NCBI GenBank assembly: GCA_040235515.1
Contig: JBECKX010000140.1
Location: 1-10,296, forward strand
DNA length: 10,296 nt
DNA from: Candidatus Zixiibacteriota bacterium
GTDB taxonomy: Bacteria > Zixibacteria > MSB-5A5 > CAIYYT01
Direction of reading: 5' to 3'
Shown: piece by piece, positions 1-8,007 of the stretch
How the letters are laid out: every line of letters starts with the position of its first letter
How positions within the stretch are numbered: position 1 is the stretch's first letter
The notes under the pieces: generated by a model
The model's input: only the letters and a program-made list of their open reading frames with translations
What the model was told of the DNA's origin: nothing
Database searches by the model: none
Program-made: the position numbers and the translations under genes

Positions 1-71
1 ACCGTGCCGAGCAGCAGTAACGCCCCAACGGCGATGAGGAGTGTCTTGTCCATCTGACGTGGCTTCTTCAT
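1..71 (-). CDS. ftsW: Cell division SEDS protein FtsW, 5' fragment (runs off the left edge)
   Basis: Hand translation from ATG at 71 (ATGA overlap with the murD stop; AAGGGGAG SD-like just upstream) gives MKKPRQMDKTLLIAVGALLLLGT, i.e. Asp followed by a hydrophobic first TM helix as in SEDS proteins. Position after murD is canonical for ftsW. Only 23 codons are visible, so the call leans on synteny. Confidence 0.8.
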   Translation of the reverse strand, partial: MKKPRQMDKTLLIAVGALLLLGT

Positions 72-1441
72 TTCCGACTCCCCTTCATCTTCAACACAAT
101 CTCACGGAATTGATCGCCGCGATGTTCGAAGTCGCGGAACTGATCGAACGAGGCACAACCCGGTGAGAGCAAAACCGCGTCACCAGTTCTTGCGTGTTCA
201 ACCGCCAGTTTGAGCGCGTTGCCCAGATCTCCCGCTTTCGTAACGGGGACGACCTTTCTGAGGCTCTCCTCGATCTTGTCGCTGGCTTCACCGATGACGA
301 GGATTTCGCGCACCCGGGCCGGTCCGAGCAGCGCTGACAATGTGGTGAAGTCACCGCCCTTGTCGCGTCCACCCATAATGAGAATCAGGGGGCGATCAAT
401 CGATTGCAGCGCGTACACGACCGAGTCGACGTTGGTCGCCTTGGAGTCATTGACGAAAAGCACGCCACCGACTTCGGCGATCGTCTCGATGCGATGGGCG
501 ATGCCGCTGAAATTCTTCAGCCCTACCACAATCTGTTCCGGTGTGAATCCCAGTACCAGGGTCGCGGCGGCGACAGCGGCGGCGTTGGCGACATTGTGCG
601 GGCCGGGAATCCCCAAATCACTCGTGGGGCAGATCATCCCTGACCTGCCACCATACGAGTAGTTGAGCGCGTCATCCTTGACGTAAACTCCAGCCTTCAC
701 TTCCTTTGTGGTGGAGAACTCAATCCTTGAGGGGTTCCCATCAAAAACAGCCGACTTGAGGAAATCGTCATCGGCGTTGAGTATCAAGAAATCTTCGGGT
801 GTCTGATTTTCGGCGATCCTGTATTTCATCGCGGCATACTCTTCAACCGACCCGTAACGATCGAGGTGGTCCGGCGTGATGTTGAGGATAATCGCCACGT
901 GCGGCTGAAAGGTATCGATGCGCTCAAGCTGGAAGCTGGAGACTTCGACTACGGCGAAGTTGTCCTCGCGCAGCCTGAGGACATCACTGGCAAATGGCGA
1001 GCCGATATTGCCGGTAGCCACCGCCATCCGACCAACCTCGCTGATAACATGCGCCAGCCACGCGGTCGTCGTTGATTTTCCGTTGGTGCCGGTCACGGCC
1101 ACGATTGTCGCCGGGCAGAGCCATGAGGCGAACTCCAGCTCCGAAAAGAGGGGGAGGTGGCGTTGATCCAGCTCACGCACAATCGGTGATGTTGATGGTA
1201 TCCCGGGAGAAAGCACCGCGAAGTCGAGTTGGTCGAATACTCGTTCGGTATGTCCGCCGGTCTCGTAGAGGATCCCCTCTTGCTCGAGTTTGCGAACCTG
1301 CGGAGTGACAGCATCAAACGAGCGCATCTCCGAGACGAACGGAATACCGCCGTAGTGTTTGACGAGTTTTGCCGCCGCGCATCCGCTGCGCGCCATGCCA
1401 AGTATCGTCACGTGCTTGTCTTTCACCAGGTCAGGTCGCAT
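68..1441 (-). CDS. murD: UDP-N-acetylmuramoyl-L-alanine--D-glutamate ligase
   Basis: 457 aa with LGMARSG N-terminal Gly loop, SPGI, GTNGKSTT P-loop, GNIG, EVSSFQL, NITPDHLDRY, NDSKATN, GGRDKG and LLSPGCASFDQF..RG, all MurD hallmarks; lies after mraY. Confidence 0.98.
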   Translation of the reverse strand: MRPDLVKDKHVTILGMARSGCAAAKLVKHYGGIPFVSEMRSFDAVTPQVRKLEQEGILYETGGHTERVFDQLDFAVLSPGIPSTSPIVRELDQRHLPLFSELEFASWLCPATIVAVTGTNGKSTTTAWLAHVISEVGRMAVATGNIGSPFASDVLRLREDNFAVVEVSSFQLERIDTFQPHVAIILNITPDHLDRYGSVEEYAAMKYRIAENQTPEDFLILNADDDFLKSAVFDGNPSRIEFSTTKEVKAGVYVKDDALNYSYGGRSGMICPTSDLGIPGPHNVANAAAVAAATLVLGFTPEQIVVGLKNFSGIAHRIETIAEVGGVLFVNDSKATNVDSVVYALQSIDRPLILIMGGRDKGGDFTTLSALLGPARVREILVIGEASDKIEESLRKVVPVTKAGDLGNALKLAVEHARTGDAVLLSPGCASFDQFRDFEHRGDQFREIVLKMKGSRK

Positions 1442-1462
1442 ACAAAAATCGATTCACCAGCA

Positions 1463-2551
1463 TCAGCGAATTTTAAAGGTTGATAGACTCATCAGCGCGA
1501 GCAACGCCCCGATGATCCAGAAACGCACTACCACTTTCGATTCGTGCCAGCCGGAGAGTTCGAAGTGATGATGCAGCGGCGCCATCTTGAAGATTCTCTT
1601 CCCACGCAGACGGAAAGACGCCACTTGCAGAATCACCGACAATGCTTCGGCCACGAACACACCCCCAACTATCACAAGCAGGATTTCCTTCTTGAGCAAG
1701 ATTGCCAGCGCACCCAGGATCCCCCCTAACGCCAGCGCTCCGGTATCCCCCATGAAGACTTCCGCAGGATGGGTGTTGTACCAGAGGAATCCCAGCGCCG
1801 CCCCCACCGACGCGGCACAATAGACGGTCAATTCACCGGCGCCCGGCAGATAGACGATATCGAGGTAGCTGGAAAAGTCGACGCGGCCGGTGATATAGGC
1901 CATACCCGCAAAAGCCGTGAGGCAGATCAGACACAACCCGGCGGCAAGGCCGTCGAGCCCATCGGTCAGGTTTACGGCGTTTGAAGAACCCGCCAGCACG
2001 ACGATCACGAACGGCACAAAAAGAAACACAGGAAAATCGAGATAGTAGTTCTTGAAGAACGGGATGTCGGTGGTCAGGTCAAACTCAGGAGCCGGAGGAT
2101 AGTAATAGAGTGCCAGCGCGAGCAGGATGCCGAGGCTTACCTGTCCGATCATCTTCTTGCGTCCCACCAGTCCCTTCTTCTGATGCTTGATTGCTTTGAG
2201 GTAGTCATCCATAAATCCGATTGCGCCCAACCAGACGGTGACGATCAGCATGTAGATCACGTATCGGTTGCTGAGATCCCCCCACAGCAGGGTGGGTATC
2301 ACTATGGCGGCTAAGATGATCAGGCCACCCATCGTGGGCGTGCCTTCCTTCTTCTGGTGTGACTCAGGACCCTCTTCGCGAATGCTTTCCTTTACCTGGC
2401 GTTTGCGCAGTTGATTGATGAGTGCCGGCCCCAGGATCAGGCTGATGATCAGAGCCGTCACGGCGGCGGCGGCACTCCGGAATGTAATGTACCGGAATAT
2501 ATTGAAGGCGCTGATGCTTTCGACGAGAGGATACAGTAGCAAGTAGAGCAT
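1463..2551 (-). CDS. mraY: Phospho-N-acetylmuramoyl-pentapeptide transferase
   Basis: Polytopic membrane protein with KEGTPTMGG, GFMDDYLK, NAVNLTDGLDGLA, VFMGDTG and MAPLHHHFE. Start placed at ATG 2551 (TGATG overlap with the murF stop) rather than the track's TTG 2554; 362 aa. Confidence 0.98.
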   Translation of the reverse strand: MLYLLLYPLVESISAFNIFRYITFRSAAAAVTALIISLILGPALINQLRKRQVKESIREEGPESHQKKEGTPTMGGLIILAAIVIPTLLWGDLSNRYVIYMLIVTVWLGAIGFMDDYLKAIKHQKKGLVGRKKMIGQVSLGILLALALYYYPPAPEFDLTTDIPFFKNYYLDFPVFLFVPFVIVVLAGSSNAVNLTDGLDGLAAGLCLICLTAFAGMAYITGRVDFSSYLDIVYLPGAGELTVYCAASVGAALGFLWYNTHPAEVFMGDTGALALGGILGALAILLKKEILLVIVGGVFVAEALSVILQVASFRLRGKRIFKMAPLHHHFELSGWHESKVVVRFWIIGALLALMSLSTFKIR

Positions 2552-3945
2552 CAATTACGCCTTCCCAGCGAGGCCTGCAGCCCCGCCATAACTTTTTCCA
2601 GCGCCAGCGCGCGCGACGCTTTCAGGAGAAGGCAATCATCCGGTTTGAGATAGCCGGTGAGTCGCTCCACTATTTCACTGTGATCATGCAGTATTTCGAT
2701 TGAAGCCGCCGGCTGTCCGGCCGCCATAGCGGCATCGAGCATAATCTCAGCCTTTTCGCCAAGAAGCAGAACCAACTCAGGTCGTGCTTTGCCGATCCTG
2801 ATGCCCAGTTCTTCATGATACTTGTCCGCATACTCACCCAGTTCAAGCATATCGCCGATCACGGCGACGCGTCGGCCGCTGATCGGAAGCGACATCAGCG
2901 CGTCAAGCGCCCCGGCGGCGGAGACTGGATTGGAGTTGTAGGAATCATTGATAACGGTAACTCCGTTCACGGTCTCAGTGGTCATCCGGGAGCCGGTCGG
3001 GACATAGTTCTCGATCCGTTCCTTGACCTGCGCGAACGGAATGTCGAGCAGACGCGCCACCGCCATCGTCGCGAGACAATTCGAGACATGGTGCATTCCG
3101 AGGATCGGGAGGATCATGTCACTACCCTGATAGAGCAGGTGAGTATGACCGTCTCCATTCACGAAGACGCGTTCAGGATGCACCTCGCATTGCTCGGAAG
3201 ATCCGTAAGTAAGCTTGTTGATGCTGTACCTGAAGGAGCGGGAACGAATGTTGGGATCATCGAGGTTGAGCACAGCCCAGTCGGTGCTCCTGGAATTGAG
3301 CAGCAGTTCGAATTTTGCCTCGGCGATATCATGCAGCGTTTTCATCGTCGCCAGGTGGGCCGGTCCGATGTTGAGGATGACGCGGATGTCGGGGCTGTAG
3401 AGCTCCACCAGCCTCTTGATCTCTCCGGGAGTGGACATGGCAAACTCCATGACTGCAAGCTCGCAATCGCGTGTGAACTCGAAGATCGAGAGTGGCACGC
3501 CATACTGATTATTGAAGTTACCCACGGTCGAGCAGGTCTTGTAGCTGGGAGACGCCACCGTCGTGATCAGATTCTTGCTGGTGGTCTTTCCATTTGTTCC
3601 GGTCACCGCCACGCGGCGCGGGTTAATCTCGTCGAGGTAAAGTCTGGCGATCTCCTGCATCGCGGCGAGGGTATCATCAACTCCAATAACCGTAGCGCTC
3701 AGGTCACGCAACGCCGCCAGTTTCTTCTTCGATGCGATCACGATGCTCGCACCTCTTTCAACCGCGTCCTTTGCGAAGTCGTGACCATCAAAGTGTTCGC
3801 CCGGGATGCAGACGAAGATGTTCTGCCGCTTTGTCGTGCGGCTATCAATACTGACACCGCTGAACTCGGTCGCCAGGAGCTTTTCGTCGGCAAGCATGTA
3901 GTTGCCCAGCGCCTTGATGTAGTCTGAGATCCTGCCTGATATCAT
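2551..3945 (-). CDS. murF: UDP-N-acetylmuramoyl-tripeptide--D-alanyl-D-alanine ligase
   Basis: 464 aa with IDSR, FDGHDF, GTNGKTT, GNFNNQYGVP, NIGPAHL, INDSYNSNP, GDMLELG and LKASR; ATGA overlap with murE. Confidence 0.97.
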   Translation of the reverse strand: MISGRISDYIKALGNYMLADEKLLATEFSGVSIDSRTTKRQNIFVCIPGEHFDGHDFAKDAVERGASIVIASKKKLAALRDLSATVIGVDDTLAAMQEIARLYLDEINPRRVAVTGTNGKTTSKNLITTVASPSYKTCSTVGNFNNQYGVPLSIFEFTRDCELAVMEFAMSTPGEIKRLVELYSPDIRVILNIGPAHLATMKTLHDIAEAKFELLLNSRSTDWAVLNLDDPNIRSRSFRYSINKLTYGSSEQCEVHPERVFVNGDGHTHLLYQGSDMILPILGMHHVSNCLATMAVARLLDIPFAQVKERIENYVPTGSRMTTETVNGVTVINDSYNSNPVSAAGALDALMSLPISGRRVAVIGDMLELGEYADKYHEELGIRIGKARPELVLLLGEKAEIMLDAAMAAGQPAASIEILHDHSEIVERLTGYLKPDDCLLLKASRALALEKVMAGLQASLGRRN

Positions 3946-5402
3946 GAATAACGCTCCTTGAGGAGTTGCTCTACGATTTCGCGATCATCGAAGCGGAGAC
4001 GCTGATTCCCGATGATCTGATAGTCCTCATGCCCCTTGCCTGCCACGACGAGGATATCGTTATCCTCACACAGCCCGAGCGCGGTGGCAATGGCACGTCG
4101 ACGGTCCGGTTCGATGACGGTTTCAACGGAGGGATCGAGACCCGGCTTGACATCCTCGATGATGGCCAGCGGATCCTCCGATCTGGGATTGTCCGATGTA
4201 ACGATTACGATGTCTGCATTCTGCGAGGCGGCTCTGCCCATTAAGGGGCGTTTACTCTTATCACGATCGCCACCACAGCCGAAGAGCACGAGCAGTCTGC
4301 CACGACAAACTTCGCGTGCCGTTTGGAGAATCTTTTCGATCGCATCGGGAGAGTGGGCGTAGTCAACCAGCACATCGAACGGCTGCCCCGCCCTGACAGG
4401 TTGTGCCCGGCCTGCGACGTAGTCCTGCGCATGCAGCCCGGCTGCGATTTGATCCAGCGGAGTCCCCAGCGCCAGAGCACAGGTGGCTGCGCAGAGTGCA
4501 TTCTCTAGGTTAAAGCGGCCAAGCAGTTTGATCTGCACCTCCTGCTTGCCGACCGGCGTGTTCATTGTGAATCGCGAACCCTCCACCGACATGCGCAGGT
4601 CGTTCAAAGAGAGATCTGCGGATGAATCGCTCACGCCGAATGTAAGAAGCTGTGATTTCACCCGTCCACGCATGAACTCGAAACTCGGATCGCAACTGTT
4701 GAGCACAACCCATTTGTTTTCGGCGGCAGCGAGATCAAGCAGCCGTGCTTTCGCATCGCGGTAAGATTCGAAATCGTGATGGTAGTCGAAGTGATCCTGT
4801 GTGATATTGCTTACGGCCACGACATTGAAGTCGATCTCATCGACACGATGCATCGTCAGTGCGTGGGAGGAAACCTCCATCACGGCGTGTGAGCCACCAC
4901 TGTCGACGATTTCCCGCAACAGCTTCTCGAGCAGTTCCGGTCCGGGAGTAGTGTTCAGCGGTTGATGTGCTGCCTTGAGCGTAAAGTATCCCAGCGTGCC
5001 CAGGACACCGACCTTCGCTCCACCCTGTTCGAGAATCGATTTCAGCAGATGAGTGATGGTGGTCTTGCCATTTGTACCGGTGATGCCGATGACCCCAAGT
5101 TCGCGGCTGGGGAACGCGTAGAAGCGGGCAGCGATTTTGGCAGTGGCATCGCGGACATCCTCTACGACGCCCCAGCATCTCACATCAGCGATGCGCTCCT
5201 CCCGGGCGACGATCGCCACGGCGCCGCGCCGAACGGCGTCGGGGACGTACTTCAGTCCATCCTCCTTGAAGCCGGGGATCGCGATAAAGAGGTCGCCTGA
5301 GCCAACCTCCCTGCTATCCACGGTGAAGCGCTTTACTTCCGTGCGTGAATCACCATCGATTTTGATTGAAGTTATATCTTGTACCAAATCAGCAAACATC
5401 AT
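3942..5402 (-). CDS. murE: UDP-N-acetylmuramoyl-L-alanyl-D-glutamate--meso-diaminopimelate ligase
   Basis: DSR, GTNGKTT, NTTP, MEVSSH, DHFDYH, VDYAHSPD, FGCGGDRD..KRPLMG, SDNPRSE (DNPR at 4182-4193 is the meso-DAP-type signature) and AGKGHEDYQ. Start uncertain: ATG 5402 chosen, ATG 5399 or TTG 5420 also possible. Confidence 0.97.
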   Translation of the reverse strand: MMFADLVQDITSIKIDGDSRTEVKRFTVDSREVGSGDLFIAIPGFKEDGLKYVPDAVRRGAVAIVAREERIADVRCWGVVEDVRDATAKIAARFYAFPSRELGVIGITGTNGKTTITHLLKSILEQGGAKVGVLGTLGYFTLKAAHQPLNTTPGPELLEKLLREIVDSGGSHAVMEVSSHALTMHRVDEIDFNVVAVSNITQDHFDYHHDFESYRDAKARLLDLAAAENKWVVLNSCDPSFEFMRGRVKSQLLTFGVSDSSADLSLNDLRMSVEGSRFTMNTPVGKQEVQIKLLGRFNLENALCAATCALALGTPLDQIAAGLHAQDYVAGRAQPVRAGQPFDVLVDYAHSPDAIEKILQTAREVCRGRLLVLFGCGGDRDKSKRPLMGRAASQNADIVIVTSDNPRSEDPLAIIEDVKPGLDPSVETVIEPDRRRAIATALGLCEDNDILVVAGKGHEDYQIIGNQRLRFDDREIVEQLLKERYS

Positions 5403-5431
5403 CAACTTTTCTCGTTTCAACCTCTATCCAG

Positions 5432-7501
5432 TTAGCTGATCCCGCAGATCAGCTTGATCCTGCCACTGGCTTGCTGGTCGCCACCCACCGTGACAACACT
5501 CTTGACGAAGCCAGATCCTTCAATTGTGAATTCGCGACCCTGCTTGACAAGTTTGTCGACGGCGCTTCTTACCGGAAGCCCCACCAACTCGGCATAGCTG
5601 AGGTGTTCTTTGCCGCTCCGCTCGCGGAGATGCACGATCAACCTCTCCCCCTCGCGCAGCTTTGTACCTGGCGCCGGAATCTGTTTCGATACCACGTCAC
5701 CGTCGTTGACATAAGAGACTTCGAGCGGCAACTTCTTAAGGCTCTTCCGTGCGTCCTCCAGCGCGTATCCACGCAAATCGGGAACCTCAACCAGCTTGAC
5801 TTCGGCGGCTGCGATGGCCTGATTGGCCAACGGCATGGCAATGCGCTCCAGCGCTGCGACCCGTTCCGCGATTCTCTTGAAGATTCTTCCGGCCGTCATA
5901 CCGGCATAATGGAGAGGTTGTGGATCATTGAGCACCACCACACCAACCGCGATCGGGTCTTCGGCCGGGAAGTGTCCTGCGAATGAGGAGACGTAGCGGT
6001 TCTGATAGTAACCGCCACTCTGGAGGTTGGGCTTCTGCGCCGTACCGGTCTTGCCTGCAAAGGTGATCAGGTTCGACTTGGCATAGACTGCGGTACCGGT
6101 ATCGACCACCGACTTCATGAAGCGTTTCATGATCGCGCAGGTCTCGGGAGATGCAATCTTCCGAACCGCGTGCGGTTGTCCCTGCGCCACCACGTTGCCG
6201 TCGGCGTCGGTAACTTTACGAATGATATATGGCTCGTAGAGCACGCCGTCGGACGCAACCACGTTGAACGCGGCGGCGAGTTGCAGGGCGGTTACGCTGA
6301 CTCCATGACCCATGGCCAGCGATGCGGCGAAGAAATCAGACCATACCTCCGGCTCACGCAGTTGGCCTGCCATTTCGCCGGGAAGGTCGATTCCCGTGCG
6401 CAGTCCAAATCCGAAGTAGCGGGCATACTTGTAGAGATTCTTCGGCCCCATATCGCAGGCGATACGTCCGACCCCGATGTTACTTGAAACCGTGAAGATG
6501 CGGTGGAACGAGAGCGTGTCCCACTTCTTGTCGTCATGAATCGTCCTGCCCGAAAACTTATACTTGCCTTCCCCGCAGTAGTACACATCGGTCGGTTTGG
6601 CGGTGCCTTCTTCGAGTGCGGCCACCGCGGTGACCAACTTGAATACCGAGCCGGGTTCGAATAGATCGCTGATAACTTCATTTTTCTGCGACGCTGCGGC
6701 ATTTGACCTCGGATTATAGGAAGCCATCGCCAGCACGGCACCATCGTGCGGCCTGAGGAAGACGACCATACCGGCTTCAGCCGAGAACGTATCCACGCCC
6801 CGCTTAAGTTCTGATTCGACGATCGCCTGCCAATCGAGGTCGATGGTCAGTTCGACATCCTTGCCGTTCTTCGGCTCGATCAGATCCTTGCTGGCCACCC
6901 GATACACCTTACCGACTGCGTCACGCTCGACGCGCGTCTGCCCCGGTTCTCCCTCGAGCGTTTCGTTGAGAGCAAACTCCAGCCCGGAAATACCGTGATT
7001 GTCCACGTCTACAACGCCAAGCAGGTCTCTGCCTAATCCATTGGTCGGATAGACGCGCTTCGATTCTTTCTGCGAGTAAATCCCGGGAGCTTTAATACGG
7101 GCGTAGGCAGCGGCCAGGGAATCAGTCAACTTGCGTTCGATCCAGCTGAAAGATTCCACACGACCCGAGAGTTGATCGCGCCAGTGACGCCGGGATTCCG
7201 GAGTAATCTCCGCGATGGCATCAGCAAGCGCCAACGCCTCTTCCTTGGTCGCCGGATAAGCAAAGAATGAGCGAGTGGCGACATTGCCTGCAAGCACGCG
7301 ACCCTTGCAGTCGAGCACCCTGCCACGGTCTGCGGGCACATCGATAGTCCCTTTGCTCTGCATGTCGGTGATCGCCAGGAAGCGATCTCCCTGGACCAGT
7401 TGGAAGTTGATCAGCCGCGCTACTACCATCACCCACACCAGGCACACCACAACGATCACGGCATAAATGCGGCTGCGAGAGATGAAGTATCCCTGAGTCA
7501 C
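5432..7501 (-). CDS. ftsI: Class B penicillin-binding protein (septal transpeptidase FtsI/PBP3) with C-terminal PASTA domain(s)
   Basis: 689 aa: N-terminal TM anchor, RGxxxD and RVYP pedestal motifs, GLE, LTID, catalytic SxxK (SVFK), SxN (SSN) and KTGT, then a VPDLRG..Q.P.PG PASTA repeat. GTG start overlaps the ftsL TAG stop by 1 nt. Confidence 0.96.
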   Translation of the reverse strand: MTQGYFISRSRIYAVIVVVCLVWVMVVARLINFQLVQGDRFLAITDMQSKGTIDVPADRGRVLDCKGRVLAGNVATRSFFAYPATKEEALALADAIAEITPESRRHWRDQLSGRVESFSWIERKLTDSLAAAYARIKAPGIYSQKESKRVYPTNGLGRDLLGVVDVDNHGISGLEFALNETLEGEPGQTRVERDAVGKVYRVASKDLIEPKNGKDVELTIDLDWQAIVESELKRGVDTFSAEAGMVVFLRPHDGAVLAMASYNPRSNAAASQKNEVISDLFEPGSVFKLVTAVAALEEGTAKPTDVYYCGEGKYKFSGRTIHDDKKWDTLSFHRIFTVSSNIGVGRIACDMGPKNLYKYARYFGFGLRTGIDLPGEMAGQLREPEVWSDFFAASLAMGHGVSVTALQLAAAFNVVASDGVLYEPYIIRKVTDADGNVVAQGQPHAVRKIASPETCAIMKRFMKSVVDTGTAVYAKSNLITFAGKTGTAQKPNLQSGGYYQNRYVSSFAGHFPAEDPIAVGVVVLNDPQPLHYAGMTAGRIFKRIAERVAALERIAMPLANQAIAAAEVKLVEVPDLRGYALEDARKSLKKLPLEVSYVNDGDVVSKQIPAPGTKLREGERLIVHLRERSGKEHLSYAELVGLPVRSAVDKLVKQGREFTIEGSGFVKSVVTVGGDQQASGRIKLICGIS

Positions 7502-7899
7502 TAGATCCCCCCGCTACCACTTTCCCCGGAGCCGGTACTTGAAATGCCCGGACTTGCAGCGTCTGAGTCGTGTCGCACCCTGCGGGCAGAGCGGCTTCCC
7601 GCGAGCGTGGCTTCGTTGCTTGTCATCAGCTTGAGATCTTCGCGAGCGATGCTTTCGATGCGTGCCATCGAGGAGAGTTGCTCGACTTCGTAGCGGAGCG
7701 CCTCGCAGCGCTCGTTCAGTGACTGAACCAACTGCTTCTGCGCGGCGTGTTCCTTGGCAAGCTGGAGCGTGCGCACGCGCTGCCAGACGTATGCGTAGCC
7801 GACCAGAAGAATCAACGCAAGCAGGGTGAAGCTCAGCAACACCTGCCGTTTACGCCTGCGACTAATCGTTGTGTAATCGGACCAATTGTGAATACGCAC
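7501..7899 (-). CDS. ftsL: Cell division protein FtsL
   Basis: 132 aa from GTG: basic cytoplasmic N-terminus (RRRKR), single TM helix, coiled-coil-like segment ending in LSSMARIESIAREDLKL (FtsL-type RIExxAxxxL); sits between rsmH and ftsI. Confidence 0.88.
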   Translation of the reverse strand: MRIHNWSDYTTISRRRKRQVLLSFTLLALILLVGYAYVWQRVRTLQLAKEHAAQKQLVQSLNERCEALRYEVEQLSSMARIESIAREDLKLMTSNEATLAGSRSARRVRHDSDAASPGISSTGSGESGSGGI

Positions 7900-7955
7900 T
7901 GCCCTGTAATCCCAGAATTGGAATCCCGGATAACGAAACTTGGAAATGAATAATT

Positions 7956-7993
7956 TAGAGAGCGGTGAGATCTCCCAAAAACACCGCTCTCTA
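7956..7993 (-). other. Perfect 12-bp inverted repeat (stem-loop) 14 nt downstream of the rsmH stop; possible weak terminator or mRNA-stability element
   Basis: TAGAGAGCGGTG (7956-7967) and CACCGCTCTCTA (7982-7993) are exact reverse complements around a 14-nt loop. The transcript continues AAUUAUUCAUUU, which is AU-rich but not a clean U-tract. The repeat is seen directly; its function is inferred. Confidence 0.7.
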
Positions 7994-8007
7994 CGCCTCC
8001 CTCAGGC

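Noticed and set aside
2815..3927. 370-aa plus-strand ORF antisense to murF
   Set aside because: Lies wholly opposite a motif-complete essential gene in codon register; no recognisable motifs; typical shadow ORF of GC-rich coding DNA.
5366..5986. 206-aa plus-strand ORF antisense to the ftsI 3' end and murE start
   Set aside because: Shadow frame of ftsI with no recognisable domain.
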